64,000 bases of DNA from NCBI GenBank assembly GCA_963821535.1, contig CAWGEC010000014.1, forward strand, positions 3,086 through 67,085, read 5' to 3'. This document shows, piece after piece, positions 9,398-19,011 of the stretch. Each line of letters begins with the position of its first letter. The first letter of the stretch is position 1. The notes beneath the pieces were generated by a model. That model was not told where the DNA came from and made no database searches. It saw nothing but the letters and a program-made list of their open reading frames with translations. The position numbers and the translations under genes are program-made. The stretch is from an uncultured Actinomycetes bacterium. GTDB taxonomy: Bacteria > Actinomycetota > Thermoleophilia > Gaiellales > JAICJC01.

Positions 9398-10224
9398 GCG
9401 CGGCCCGGGCCGAGCGCGCCGTCACCTACACGGTGCTTGCGCTCTTTGCGGTCGGGGCGATCTACCCGGTGCTCTCGATCCTCTTCCTGGCGCTCCACAC
9501 CAAGAACGACCTCGTCACCGGCTTCGCGTGGCCGACGAATCCCAGCCTGTCGAGCTTCAGCGCGGCGTGGACCGAGGGCGACTTCGGCACAGGCCTCAAG
9601 TCGAGCTTCATCGTGGCGGCCACGGTCACGGTCGTCTCGGCAGTCCTCTCGCTCGGCACCGGCTATGCCTTCGGGACGATGCGCTTCCGCGGCGACCGGT
9701 GGCTCTTCGGCGTCTTCCTGCTCGGGATCATCTTCCCGTACGAGGCGACCGTGATCCCGCTCTACTACGACTTCCAGGACTTCGGCATCCTGAACACGTA
9801 CTGGTCGCTGATCCTGCCGCAGATCGGCCAGTCCGTCGCATTCGGGACGTTCTGGATGCGGGCCTTCTTCCGCTCGACGCCTCCGGCGCTCGTCGAGGCG
9901 GCGCGCATGGACGGCGCGTCGAGCTTCGGCGTCCTCGTCCGCGTGCTCCTGCCGCAGGCGCGGCCCGCGCTGCTCACGCTGTGCGCGCTCGTCTTCACGT
10001 ACACCTGGAACGAGTTCCTGCTCGCCCTCGTGCTCGTGAGCGGCGCGCCCTCGAAGCAGACGGCCCCGCTCGGGCTCAGCTTCTTCGCCGGCGCCGTCCG
10101 GGCCGGCGACCCGACCAAGGTCGCGGCGGCGTCGGTGCTGGTGGCCGCGCCGATCGTGATCGTGTACATCTTCCTCCAACGGCACTTCATCCGCGGGATG
10201 CTCGCGGGAGCGGTAAAGGGGTAG
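9394..10224 (+). CDS. ABC sugar permease (MalG/UgpE type)
   Basis: The GTG start overlaps the upstream stop (GTGA). EAA loop EAARMDGASSFGVLVRVLLPQARPAL and six hydrophobic segments. Confidence 0.85.
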   Translation: MSAARAERAVTYTVLALFAVGAIYPVLSILFLALHTKNDLVTGFAWPTNPSLSSFSAAWTEGDFGTGLKSSFIVAATVTVVSAVLSLGTGYAFGTMRFRGDRWLFGVFLLGIIFPYEATVIPLYYDFQDFGILNTYWSLILPQIGQSVAFGTFWMRAFFRSTPPALVEAARMDGASSFGVLVRVLLPQARPALLTLCALVFTYTWNEFLLALVLVSGAPSKQTAPLGLSFFAGAVRAGDPTKVAAASVLVAAPIVIVYIFLQRHFIRGMLAGAVKG

Positions 10225-10227
10225 GCA

Positions 10228-11532
10228 GTGGCCCGGATCAAGCTGGCGTACATCGGCGGAGGCTCGACCCGCGGCGCGGGGACGATGGCCTCGTTCATCC
10301 ACAACAACGGCGCCGACTTCGAGGGATCGGAGGTCGTGCTGGTCGACCTCGACGCCGACCGGCTCGAGCTGATCCGCACGCTCGCCGAGAAGATGGCGCG
10401 CGCCCGCGGCGTCGACCTCACGATCACGGCCACCACCGACCGCAAGGCCGCCCTCACAGACTGCGACGCCGTCCTCTCGTCGTTTCGCCCCGGCGGCTTC
10501 AGCGCGCGGGCCAAGGACGAGCGGATCCCGCTCAACCACGGCGTCATCGGCCAGGAGACGCAGGGGCCCGGAGGGTTCTTCATGGCGCTTCGGGCGATCG
10601 CGATCCTGAAGGACATCTGCGCCGAGATGGAGGAGGTCTGCCCCGGCGCCTGGCTCTTCAACTACACGAACCCCGTGAACGTCGTGGCCGAGGCCGTGAC
10701 GCACAACTCGGAGATCAAATGCGTCTCGCTGTGCGAGGGGCCGATCTACTTCGTGAACCAGATGGCCGGGTACGCCCAGCTCGACCAGGACAAGCTCTCG
10801 GCGACGATGGTCGGGCTGAACCACGGCTGCTGGAGCGTCGAGCACACGTACGACGGCGAGGACGCCATCCCCCACATCGAGGCGGCCTGGGAGCGGCGCC
10901 GCGACGACCCGGAGCTCTCGACGATGGGCCGGCGCATCCTGCACCTGGGAGCCTCGATGGGCTCGATCCCGGCGGAGTACTTCATGTACTACTACTTCCG
11001 CGACGAGATCGTGAGCGAGCTCGCGGCCAAGCCCACGACCCGGGCCGAGGACATCATGGGCTGGGCGCCCGACTACTGGCGCCACTACGAGGAGCAGGCC
11101 AAGAGCGACGACCCGCAGCTCGATCCGGGCCGGTCCCGCGGCGGCATCAACGAGCTCGAGCTGGCGATCGACGTGATGGACGCGATCTTCAACGACAAGG
11201 ACGAGGTGCATCCCGTCAACGTCCCGAACGCCGGCGGCGCCCTCCCCGGCTTCCCGGAGGACCTCGTCGTCGAGATCCGCGGGCGCTGCAACCGCGCGGG
11301 GATCCAGCCGCTGACGTCGGCGCCGCTGCCTGGGCACGTCCGCGGGCTGGTCGAGATGCTGGCCGAGTATCAGGCCGTCGCGGCCCAGGCGGCGTGGTCG
11401 GGCGGGCGGCGCGACGCCGTGCGCGCGCTCGCCGCGAACCCGCTGGTGATGCGGCTCGACCTGGCCGAGCAGCTCTACGACGAGCTCCTGGCCGCCCACC
11501 GGGACCTGCTCCCGGACCGCCTCGCGGCCTAG
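10228..11532 (+). CDS. Glycoside hydrolase family 4 (NAD/Mn-dependent glycosidase)
   Basis: IKLAYIGGGSTRG Rossmann N-terminus, FNYTNPVN and SLCEGP motifs characteristic of GH4. Confidence 0.85.
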   Translation: MARIKLAYIGGGSTRGAGTMASFIHNNGADFEGSEVVLVDLDADRLELIRTLAEKMARARGVDLTITATTDRKAALTDCDAVLSSFRPGGFSARAKDERIPLNHGVIGQETQGPGGFFMALRAIAILKDICAEMEEVCPGAWLFNYTNPVNVVAEAVTHNSEIKCVSLCEGPIYFVNQMAGYAQLDQDKLSATMVGLNHGCWSVEHTYDGEDAIPHIEAAWERRRDDPELSTMGRRILHLGASMGSIPAEYFMYYYFRDEIVSELAAKPTTRAEDIMGWAPDYWRHYEEQAKSDDPQLDPGRSRGGINELELAIDVMDAIFNDKDEVHPVNVPNAGGALPGFPEDLVVEIRGRCNRAGIQPLTSAPLPGHVRGLVEMLAEYQAVAAQAAWSGGRRDAVRALAANPLVMRLDLAEQLYDELLAAHRDLLPDRLAA

Positions 11533-11535
11533 CCA

Positions 11536-12513
11536 ATGGCGGGGCTGCTCCTCGGAGCCGACGGCGGCAACACCAAGACGATCGCCCTCGTGGCCGACCG
11601 CGACGGCACGATCCTGGGCGCCGGCCGGGCGGGCACCTCCGACCTCTACAACGCGGTCTCGGTGGGGGCGGCGATCGGCGCGATCGGCGCGGCCGTGGCC
11701 GCTGCGCTCGCGGCTGCCGGTGGATCGGCCGCCGACGTCGAGGCGGCGTGCTTCAGCCTCGCCGGAGCCGACTGGCCCGAGGACTTCGAGCTCCTGCGGC
11801 GGGAGCTGCCGGTGAAGATCGGCCTTCCGGGCGAGCCGCTGGTGGTGAACGACGCCGTCGGCGCGATCCGCGCGGGCACGCCTGACGGGGTCGGGACGTC
11901 GGTCGTGTGCGGCACGTACGGCGTCTCGAGCGGCCGCAACGCCGCCGGCGACGTCTTCCACCTGGGGTTCTGGCCGGACTCCTGCGGCGCCCGCCCGCTC
12001 GGCCGGGAGGCGCTGGCCGCCGTCTGGCGGTCGGATCTCGGTATGGGGCCGGAGACGTCGCTCACCCGGCGGGCGCTCGAGACGTACTCGGTCGCCGACC
12101 CGATGGAGCTGCTCTACGAGCTGACCCGCCGCGGGGGGCCTGGCTCCGAGGCCGTCGACCGGCTTGCTCCGGCCGTCCTCGACGAGGCCGATGCCGGCGA
12201 CCCCGTCGCGGGCGCCATCGTCGCCGGCCAGGGGCACATCCTGGGCGATCAGACACGCGTCTGCGCCGAGCGGGTCGGCCTCCTGGGCGGGGAGTTCCCC
12301 GTCGTCCTCGCGGGCGGCGTCTTCCGGCACCCCTCCCGCCTGCTCGCCGAGACGCTCATGGAGCGGATTCCCGGCGGCCGGCCGGTCCCGGCGGCCCACG
12401 AGCCCGTGGTGGGCGCGCTCCTCTTCGCGTTCGACCGGGCCGGCGTGGCCGCCGACGAGGCGCAGCTCCAGGCGACGGCACCGCCGGCCGCCACGTTCGC
12501 GACGAGCGGGTAG
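11536..12513 (+). CDS. BadF/BadG/BcrA/BcrD-type ATPase (N-acetylglucosamine-kinase-like)
   Basis: LLGADGGNTKTIALVAD N-terminus and ASKHA fold pattern; starts 3 nt after the GH4 stop. Confidence 0.75.
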   Translation: MAGLLLGADGGNTKTIALVADRDGTILGAGRAGTSDLYNAVSVGAAIGAIGAAVAAALAAAGGSAADVEAACFSLAGADWPEDFELLRRELPVKIGLPGEPLVVNDAVGAIRAGTPDGVGTSVVCGTYGVSSGRNAAGDVFHLGFWPDSCGARPLGREALAAVWRSDLGMGPETSLTRRALETYSVADPMELLYELTRRGGPGSEAVDRLAPAVLDEADAGDPVAGAIVAGQGHILGDQTRVCAERVGLLGGEFPVVLAGGVFRHPSRLLAETLMERIPGGRPVPAAHEPVVGALLFAFDRAGVAADEAQLQATAPPAATFATSG

Positions 12514-12533
12514 CCAGCGCTCGACGAACCCGT

Positions 12534-12563
12534 GGGGCCTGGCCCCATGCGGGGCCAGGCCCC
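12534..12563. terminator. Perfect 13-bp hairpin GGGGCCTGGCCCC-ATGC-GGGGCCAGGCCCC between convergent genes
   Basis: Read directly. It lies between the stops at 12513 (+) and 12569 (-). The same arm sequence recurs at 47591-47620. Confidence 0.65.
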
Positions 12564-12568
12564 GGTGG

Positions 12569-13777
12569 TCAGGCGATAGCCGAGCCTGTCTCCGGGTCGA
12601 AGAAGTGCAGCTGGCCCGTGTCGACCGCGAGCGTCAGCGGCTCGCCGTCGCGGGCCGACGAGCGCGGGCTGACGCGGGCCACCCAGATGCAGCGCCGCTC
12701 CGCGGCGGCGGCCTCGAGGCCCTCGAGCGCCTCCAGGCCGGTCTCGGCCGCAAGCTCGCGGATGTCCTCGGTCAGGACCGGCTCGGCGTCGAGCCCGAAA
12801 TGGACGAGCAGGTCCGAGCCGAGCGCCTCGCACAGCTCGGGGACGATCTGGAGGCTCCGGCCCGGCGGGGCATCGCGGGCGATGCTCACGTCCTCCATGG
12901 CCTCCGGCCGTACGCCGATGATGACCGTCCGCCCGGCGTAGGCGCGCAGCCCGGGCCGGGCGGCGGCGGCATCCCGGTCGACGGTGAGCCGGCTGCCCGC
13001 GAACTCCACCGTGATCTCGCCGCCGTCGGCCGCCTCGACGCGGGCCTCGACCATGTTCATCGCCGGCGAGCCGATGAAGCCGGCGACGAAGAGGTTCGCG
13101 GGCCGGTTGTAGAGGGCGTCCGGCTCGTCCCACTGCTGGAGCACGCCCTTCTTCATGACCGCGACCATGTCGCCCATCGTCATCGCCTCGGTCTGGTCGT
13201 GAGTGACGTAGATCGTCGTGACGCCGAGGTCGCGCTGCGTCCGGCGAAGCTCGGCGCGCATCTGCACCCGCAGCTTCGCGTCGAGGTTCGAGAGCGGCTC
13301 GTCCATCAGGAACGCCTGCGGCTCGCGCACGATGGCGCGGCCCATCGCCACCCGCTGGCGCTGCCCGCCGGACAGCTGGCCGGGCTTCTTGGCCATGAGC
13401 TCCGAGAGGCCGAGCGTGTGGGCTACGTCGTCGACCCGCTTGCGGACGTCGGCCTTCGGCATCCGCCGCAGCTTCAGGCTGAACGCCATGTTGTCGTAGA
13501 CCGACATCTGGGGGTAGAGCGCGTAGTCCTGGAAGACCATCGCCAGGTCGCGATCCTTCGGCGAGACGTCGTTCACGACCCGGTCGCCGATCTTCACCGT
13601 GCCGTCGGTGATCGCCTCCAGGCCGGCCACGCATCGCAGGAGCGTCGTCTTGCCGCAGCCGGACGGCCCGACGAGGACGGCGAGCCGGCCGTCGGGGATC
13701 ACGAGGTCGACGCCGGCGACGCCCTCGGTGCCATCCGGATACACCTTGCGGACACGATCCAGGACGATCTCCGCCAC
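12569..13777 (-). CDS. ABC sugar-transport ATP-binding protein (MalK/UgpC/MsiK type)
   Basis: Walker A GPSGCGKTT, Q-loop, signature LSGGQRQRVAMGRA, Walker B FLMDEPLSNLD and a MalK-like C-terminal domain. A GTG start at 13777 gives the canonical N-terminus VAEIVLDRV. Confidence 0.9.
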   Translation of the reverse strand: MAEIVLDRVRKVYPDGTEGVAGVDLVIPDGRLAVLVGPSGCGKTTLLRCVAGLEAITDGTVKIGDRVVNDVSPKDRDLAMVFQDYALYPQMSVYDNMAFSLKLRRMPKADVRKRVDDVAHTLGLSELMAKKPGQLSGGQRQRVAMGRAIVREPQAFLMDEPLSNLDAKLRVQMRAELRRTQRDLGVTTIYVTHDQTEAMTMGDMVAVMKKGVLQQWDEPDALYNRPANLFVAGFIGSPAMNMVEARVEAADGGEITVEFAGSRLTVDRDAAAARPGLRAYAGRTVIIGVRPEAMEDVSIARDAPPGRSLQIVPELCEALGSDLLVHFGLDAEPVLTEDIRELAAETGLEALEGLEAAAAERRCIWVARVSPRSSARDGEPLTLAVDTGQLHFFDPETGSAIA

Positions 13778-13802
13778 GGCATCTAGCCTACCGCACGCGT
13801 GA

Positions 13803-14975
13803 TCAGAGGGCGCTTCGCGGGTCGTGCACGCGCCGCTCGCCGCCGTCGTCAGGCGGGAGCGAGGAGTAGTCGGGCGGCGGGAAGGCGGTCTCGAGGTCAA
13901 CCGCCCGCCCCTCCGCAGCCGAGCGCGACGCCGCCAGCATGACCTCGAGCGCGTGCAGCGAGTGCTCCGGGCGCATCACCGGCGGAACGCCGCGCTCGAT
14001 GCAGTCGACCAGATGGTCGAGACCGGCCGTCCACGACCAGCCCGGCGCGGTCTCCGGGTGCACCTCCCACGTCCCGGCGGCGTTTCGCCACAGCTCGAAC
14101 CCCTCCGGCGCCCAGTCGTCTCCGAGCATCTGGACGACGCCGTCGGTGCCGTAGAGCTCGATCGCCGGCGATCGGTAGCGCTGCATCGTGAACCCGGTCG
14201 TGACCGAGGCGAACCGGCTCTCGCCGAAGTCGAGCAGGAGGTGGGCGTTGTCGTCGGACTCCACGCGGATCGGCGCGCCCTCGACGATCCGCTCCGGGAT
14301 CGCCGTTCCGACGAGCGCGACCACCCGGCGCACCGGGCCGAGCATGCCGCACAGGCTCGTCACGTTGTAGATGCCGAGGTCGAAGAGCGCGCCGCCGCCG
14401 GGCTCGTAGTACCACCGACCCCACGACGGCCCCGCCCACCCATACCGCGCCCGGGCCAGCACGACCCGGCCCAGCTCGCCCGCGGCGACGCGGCCGTGCA
14501 TGGCCTGGTAGGTGGGAGACAGGAGCACCGCCGGCGCGCACACGAGCACGCGGTCGGATGCGCGGCCTGCGGCCTCCACGAGGGCCCGGGCCTCGTCCAT
14601 CGTGGTCGCCATCGGCTTCTCGACCAGCACGTGCCGTCCCGCCTCGAGCGCCGCGAGCGCGAGCCGGCCGTGCTCGAGCATGCTCGTGAGTACGAGCACG
14701 GCGTCGACCCGGTCATGCTCGATCACGGCCTCCGCGCTTCCGACGGCCACGGCGGTGCCCGTCGCGCGGTCAGCGGCGGCGCGCTTCTGGGGATCGGGGT
14801 CGTAGGCGGCCGTCACCTCGACGCGCCCGGCGGCGGCAAGCCGCTCAATTGCCGTGCGGTACGGGGTCCAGTAGACGCTCCCGAGACCGAGAATTCCAAG
14901 GCGGACGGGCACCAGGTGACGGTGATGATAAGAGACCCTCCGCTCCGTCGCGGATGGGTAGTCTCCGCTGGACAT
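13803..14975 (-). CDS. Gfo/Idh/MocA-family NAD(P)-dependent oxidoreductase
   Basis: [12 protein letters not shown] Rossmann start, VLVEKPMAT motif and a C-terminal alpha/beta domain. The true start may be the GTG at 14912. Confidence 0.8.
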   Translation of the reverse strand: MSSGDYPSATERRVSYHHRHLVPVRLGILGLGSVYWTPYRTAIERLAAAGRVEVTAAYDPDPQKRAAADRATGTAVAVGSAEAVIEHDRVDAVLVLTSMLEHGRLALAALEAGRHVLVEKPMATTMDEARALVEAAGRASDRVLVCAPAVLLSPTYQAMHGRVAAGELGRVVLARARYGWAGPSWGRWYYEPGGGALFDLGIYNVTSLCGMLGPVRRVVALVGTAIPERIVEGAPIRVESDDNAHLLLDFGESRFASVTTGFTMQRYRSPAIELYGTDGVVQMLGDDWAPEGFELWRNAAGTWEVHPETAPGWSWTAGLDHLVDCIERGVPPVMRPEHSLHALEVMLAASRSAAEGRAVDLETAFPPPDYSSLPPDDGGERRVHDPRSAL

Positions 14976-16392
14976 GGCCTACGACTTCGACCTGCTCGTG
15001 ATCGGCTCGGGCCCGGCAGGGCAGAAGGCCGCGATCCAGGCGGCCAAGCTGCACCGCCGGGTGGCGATCGTCGAGCAGCAGCGCACGGTTGGGGGCGTCT
15101 GCATCAACTCCGGCACGATCCCCTCGAAGACGCTGCGCGAGGCGGTCCTCTTCCTGACCGGGATGACGCAGCGGTCGATGTACGGCGACAGCTACCGCGT
15201 GAAGGACGACGTCACGATCGCGGACCTCTTCTTCCGCACGCAGTCGGTGATCCAGCGCGAGTCCGACGTCGTCCACGACCAGCTCTCGCGAAACCACGTC
15301 CGGATCCTGAACGGCACCGGGTCGTTCTCCGACGCCCACACCGTGCTCGTCGACGAGGGCAACGGCACCCGCCGCCAGGTGACGGCGGAGCGGATCGTGA
15401 TCGCCGTCGGCACCCGGCCGGCCCGGCCGAAGACCGTCGACTTCAACGAGCGCACCGTGCTCGACTCGGACGGCATCCTGCACTTGGAGAAGATCCCCGA
15501 CGCGCTCCTCGTCGTGGGAGCCGGTGTGATCGGGATCGAGTACGCCTCGATGTTCGCGGCGCTGGGCTCGCGCGTGACGGTCGTCGAGGCCCGGCCGCAG
15601 CTGCTCGACTTCTGCGACGCCGAGATCGTGGAGGCGCTGCGCTACCACCTGCGCGACCTGAACGTCGTCTTCCGCCTGAACGAGGAGGTCGTGGGCGTCG
15701 ACGAGCACGACAGCGGCACGATCACGCACCTGAAGAGCGGAAAGCGGATCCTGGCCGACACCGTCCTCTACTCCGCCGGGCGGCAGGGCGCGACCGACGC
15801 GCTCGACCTCGGGAACGTCGGGATCGAGGCGGACTCACGCGGCCGGATCTCGGTCGACGAGCACTACCGCACGTCGGTCGAGCACATCTACGCGGTCGGC
15901 GACGTCATCGGCTTCCCGAGCCTGGCGGCAACGTCGATGGAGCAGGGCCGGCTCGCATCGGCCCACGCCTGCGGCCTGGACGTGCGGCCGATCTCCGACG
16001 CGCTGCCGATCGGCATCTACACGATCCCCGAGATCAGCTTCATCGGCAGCACCGAGGAGCAGCTGACCCAGGAGCAGACGCCGTACGAGGTCGGGATCTC
16101 GCGCTACCGCGAGCTGGCCCGCGGGGCGATCCTCGGGGACGCGTACGGGCTCCTGAAGCTGTTGGTCTCGTCCGAGGATCGCAAGCTGCTCGGGGTGCAC
16201 GCGTTCGGCACCACGGCGACGGAGCTCGTCCACATCGGGCAGACGGTGATGGGGTTCGGCGGCACCGTCGACTACCTCGTCGAGGCGGTCTTCAACTACC
16301 CGACCCTGGCCGAGGGCTACAAGGTCGCCGCGCTCGACGCCACCAACAAGCTGCGCGCGATCTCCACGCTCTCCGCCTCCGCGCCAACCTGA
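14974..16392 (+). CDS. sthA: Soluble pyridine nucleotide transhydrogenase
   Basis: [20 protein letters not shown]...[19 protein letters not shown] and full-length colinearity with SthA/UdhA flavoproteins. Confidence 0.9.
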   Translation: MAYDFDLLVIGSGPAGQKAAIQAAKLHRRVAIVEQQRTVGGVCINSGTIPSKTLREAVLFLTGMTQRSMYGDSYRVKDDVTIADLFFRTQSVIQRESDVVHDQLSRNHVRILNGTGSFSDAHTVLVDEGNGTRRQVTAERIVIAVGTRPARPKTVDFNERTVLDSDGILHLEKIPDALLVVGAGVIGIEYASMFAALGSRVTVVEARPQLLDFCDAEIVEALRYHLRDLNVVFRLNEEVVGVDEHDSGTITHLKSGKRILADTVLYSAGRQGATDALDLGNVGIEADSRGRISVDEHYRTSVEHIYAVGDVIGFPSLAATSMEQGRLASAHACGLDVRPISDALPIGIYTIPEISFIGSTEEQLTQEQTPYEVGISRYRELARGAILGDAYGLLKLLVSSEDRKLLGVHAFGTTATELVHIGQTVMGFGGTVDYLVEAVFNYPTLAEGYKVAALDATNKLRAISTLSASAPT

Positions 16393-16591
16393 CGCATAGC
16401 GCCAAGGGGACGCTAAGAGAGCCAGGCCACAATCCAGCCTGGCCGTCTCGGCGTATCTCCTTCACCGGCGTGCCACCTTGCAAGGACGCCTGCCCCGGAG
16501 CGGGGCGCGACCCCCTCGGACGTCCCGCTCCGGCGGCCGGCCAGGCTCAATCCCTGTGTTTGTGCGGCCGATCACAGGGGCAGAGCGCTCC

Positions 16592-17296
16592 ATGCATATG
16601 CACGACCTCGAACCGACTCTGGCCGAAGCTGCGGCCCTGCTCGCCGCGGCGTCCGTTGTGGACGTCGAAACCGATCGTGGCGAGTCGGTCGAGCTCTGGA
16701 CCATCTCGAGCGAGGGTCAGTCCGTCGCCGCCAGCGCGCCGCGCCTCGCCGTCGCATCCGGGATGCGGGTCGAGTGCCGGCTCACGACCGACGACGCGCC
16801 GCTTCACGTCTGGGCCGTGATCGAGTCGGCCGAGTACCGCTCGCAGACGCGGGCGGCGCTCACGCTGCGGGTGATCGACGTCGAGTCCGAGGGCTACGAG
16901 CGGCGGGCGGCGCGGATGCCGCTCGCAGCGTCGGGGGTCGTTCGGGCCGCCGTCTGCGACCGCGTCCCTCCCGGGGAGTCGATCCCGGTCCGGATCGTCG
17001 ACCTGTCCGAATCAGGTGTGGGCGTGCTGATCGACGACACCCGGCCGCGCCCCGGTGATCGGGTCTGGCTTGCGGCGCGGTTCATCGAGGGGGAGCTGAA
17101 CGCCGACGTGCGGGTCGCGCACGTGCGCCCGACCGGCCGCGGAAGCGAGATGGCCGTCGGCTGCTCGTTCGTCGAGCCCGGAGCCGTGGCGGGCGTGGTG
17201 TCGCGCGTCGTCGCCCGCCTGACGGGCACCGGCCGCACCCGCCCGGAGGGCAGCACCCTGCGCGAGACGCTCGGCATCGAGCGCCCGGCAAGCTGA
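16592..17296 (+). CDS. PilZ domain protein
   Basis: C-terminal RRAARMP ... VDLSESGVGVLI matches the PilZ RxxxR and D/NxSxxG motifs. The ATG at 16592 was chosen inside the longer ORF. Confidence 0.7.
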   Translation: MHMHDLEPTLAEAAALLAAASVVDVETDRGESVELWTISSEGQSVAASAPRLAVASGMRVECRLTTDDAPLHVWAVIESAEYRSQTRAALTLRVIDVESEGYERRAARMPLAASGVVRAAVCDRVPPGESIPVRIVDLSESGVGVLIDDTRPRPGDRVWLAARFIEGELNADVRVAHVRPTGRGSEMAVGCSFVEPGAVAGVVSRVVARLTGTGRTRPEGSTLRETLGIERPAS

Positions 17297-17301
17297 CGAC
17301 G

Positions 17302-17679
17302 TCAGCCGCGGTCGACGAGCACCCACCTCCGCACGATCAAGAGGCCGCCCGAGTGCGGGGTGTACTCGCCCATGTCGTAGTGCTCGTAGAGCCGGCGCTC
17401 CTCGTCCGGGCTGAGATCGCCGTCGGCGGCGATGTGGGGAGCGGCGTCGACCGCCGCCTTCGTGACGCCGAGCGTGACCTTCTCGTCCTCGGACCGCGTC
17501 GCCCCCTCGGCCGGCGCCAGGTGGAGCCGGTTGTGCAGGAACCCACTCGCGACGAGCAGGAACTCCGGCTCACCCGACTCGTTGTTCACATAGACGTCGA
17601 TGAGCTTCCCGACGGACTGGCCGTCGGAGGAGAAGACATCGAGCTCGTGCCAGTCGCGCACCTCGAGCGGTGACGGCAT
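17302..17679 (-). CDS. PRC-barrel domain protein
   Basis: VFSSDGQSVGKLIDVYVNNESGEPEFLLV is a typical PRC-barrel N-terminus; 125 aa. Confidence 0.7.
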   Translation of the reverse strand: MPSPLEVRDWHELDVFSSDGQSVGKLIDVYVNNESGEPEFLLVASGFLHNRLHLAPAEGATRSEDEKVTLGVTKAAVDAAPHIAADGDLSPDEERRLYEHYDMGEYTPHSGGLLIVRRWVLVDRG

Positions 17680-17706
17680 GCTGCACCTCCGTACGATTTC
17701 GGACGT

Positions 17707-19011
17707 TTACTCGGCGAGCGGCGATCGTACCGGGCGCAGCGCCTCGTCGTACAGATGGCACGCAACGTGCACGTCGCCGACCAGCCGGAGGGCGGGATCG
17801 ATCGGCTCGTGGAACGCCACGTCCGCGCCGGAGGCCGACGGGTCGATCGAGCGCACGCCCGTCCAGAACGGCTCGCCCGGCTGATCTGCGCGCACGCGAT
17901 CGAGCATCTCGGCCACGTCCGCACCCGACCGGCCGGCGGCGGCCGGGACGCGAACGTTGGTCGACGGCTCGTCCAGCGGCTCGAGATCGCCGAGCGTGCC
18001 GCGCTCCGCCTCGAACCGGTCCTCGCCGGTCCCCGCCCAGCGCAGCTCGAGCAGGTCGCGCAGGTCGCGTGATTCCCAGCCGCAGGCCTCGAATGCCTGC
18101 GGGCACCGCGGATGGAAGCGGCAGCCGAGCGGCGGCCGGGCGGCGTCGGGGATCTCGCCGCGGGGCAGGTCGCGGGGGATGCTCCGCGCGGGGTCGGGAT
18201 CGGGGATCGCCTTCAGAAGCGAGGCCGTGTAGGGGTGGCGCGGGTTGGCGAAGATCTCGGCCGTGTCGCCGATCTCGACGATCCGGCCCAGGTACATGAT
18301 CGCGACCCGATTGCAGAAGAACTTGGCCGTCGCCAGGTCGTGCGTGATGTAGAGGTAGGTCAGGTCGAGGTCGCGCTTCAGCCCGAGCATGAGCTCGAGG
18401 ATCTTGGCGCGGACGCTCATGTCGAGCATCGACACCGGCTCGTCTGCGACCAGCAGGGCCGGCCCGAGGATGACGGCGCGGGCCAGGACGGCGCGCTGCT
18501 TCTGGCCGCCGGACAGGTCGCCCGGATACTTCCCGAGGTACTGCTCGGGCGGCGCGAGGCCGACCCGCTCGAGCACGGCCGACACGCGCTGCCGGATCTC
18601 GCGCCGGTCATTGGTGATGCCGTGAATCCGCAGGGGATGGCCGACCGCCGTCTCGATCGTCATCGCCGGGTTGAGCGAGGCGTGCGGATCCTGGAACACC
18701 ATCTGCATCTGGCGCCGGAGCGCCCGCACGGCCCGATCTCCGAGCCGCGTCACGTCCTGGCCGTCCAGCGTGATCGAGCCGCCGGTCGGGTCGACCAGGC
18801 GCAGGAGCGCCCGCCCGAGCGTCGTCTTGCCGCTGCCCGACTCGCCGACGATCCCCAGCACCTCGCCCTTCCGAAGCTCGAAGGACACGCCGTCGACGGC
18901 CTTCACGACCCCGCTGCTTCGGCCCACGAGGCGCCCGGCGAAGGACCCTCGCAGCGGGAAGTGCACCTCGAGGTCGCGCACCTCGAGCATCGGGGCGGCG
19001 GCCGCCGTCAT
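17707..19011 (-). CDS. Oligopeptide/dipeptide ABC transporter ATP-binding protein (OppF/DppF type) with an extended C-terminus
   Basis: Walker A GESGSGKTT, signature LSGGQKQRAVLARA, Walker B LLVADEPVSMLD, and an oligo C-terminal motif split by an insertion of about 104 aa. ATGA overlap with the upstream gene. Confidence 0.9.
   Translation of the reverse strand: MTAAAAPMLEVRDLEVHFPLRGSFAGRLVGRSSGVVKAVDGVSFELRKGEVLGIVGESGSGKTTLGRALLRLVDPTGGSITLDGQDVTRLGDRAVRALRRQMQMVFQDPHASLNPAMTIETAVGHPLRIHGITNDRREIRQRVSAVLERVGLAPPEQYLGKYPGDLSGGQKQRAVLARAVILGPALLVADEPVSMLDMSVRAKILELMLGLKRDLDLTYLYITHDLATAKFFCNRVAIMYLGRIVEIGDTAEIFANPRHPYTASLLKAIPDPDPARSIPRDLPRGEIPDAARPPLGCRFHPRCPQAFEACGWESRDLRDLLELRWAGTGEDRFEAERGTLGDLEPLDEPSTNVRVPAAAGRSGADVAEMLDRVRADQPGEPFWTGVRSIDPSASGADVAFHEPIDPALRLVGDVHVACHLYDEALRPVRSPLAE

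Noticed and set aside
9367-12399. Very long ORFs antisense to annotated genes, such as 9367..12399(-) 1010 aa, 3475..6129(+) 884 aa, 1754..3973(-) 739 aa, 48521..51583(+) 1020 aa, 41631..43757(-) 708 aa and 6117..7367(-) upstream extension.
   Set aside because: These are typical shadow ORFs of a very GC-rich genome. Their translations are Arg/Gly/Pro/Asp-rich with no recognisable motifs. Each is fully covered on the other strand or frame by genes with clear family signatures.
14973-14976. CATG shared by the divergent start codons of the Gfo/Idh/MocA gene (14975, minus) and sthA (14974, plus).
   Set aside because: This is probably an artefact of taking the longest ORF. The oxidoreductase more plausibly starts at the GTG at 14912, just before its Rossmann motif, which leaves a normal divergent promoter region.
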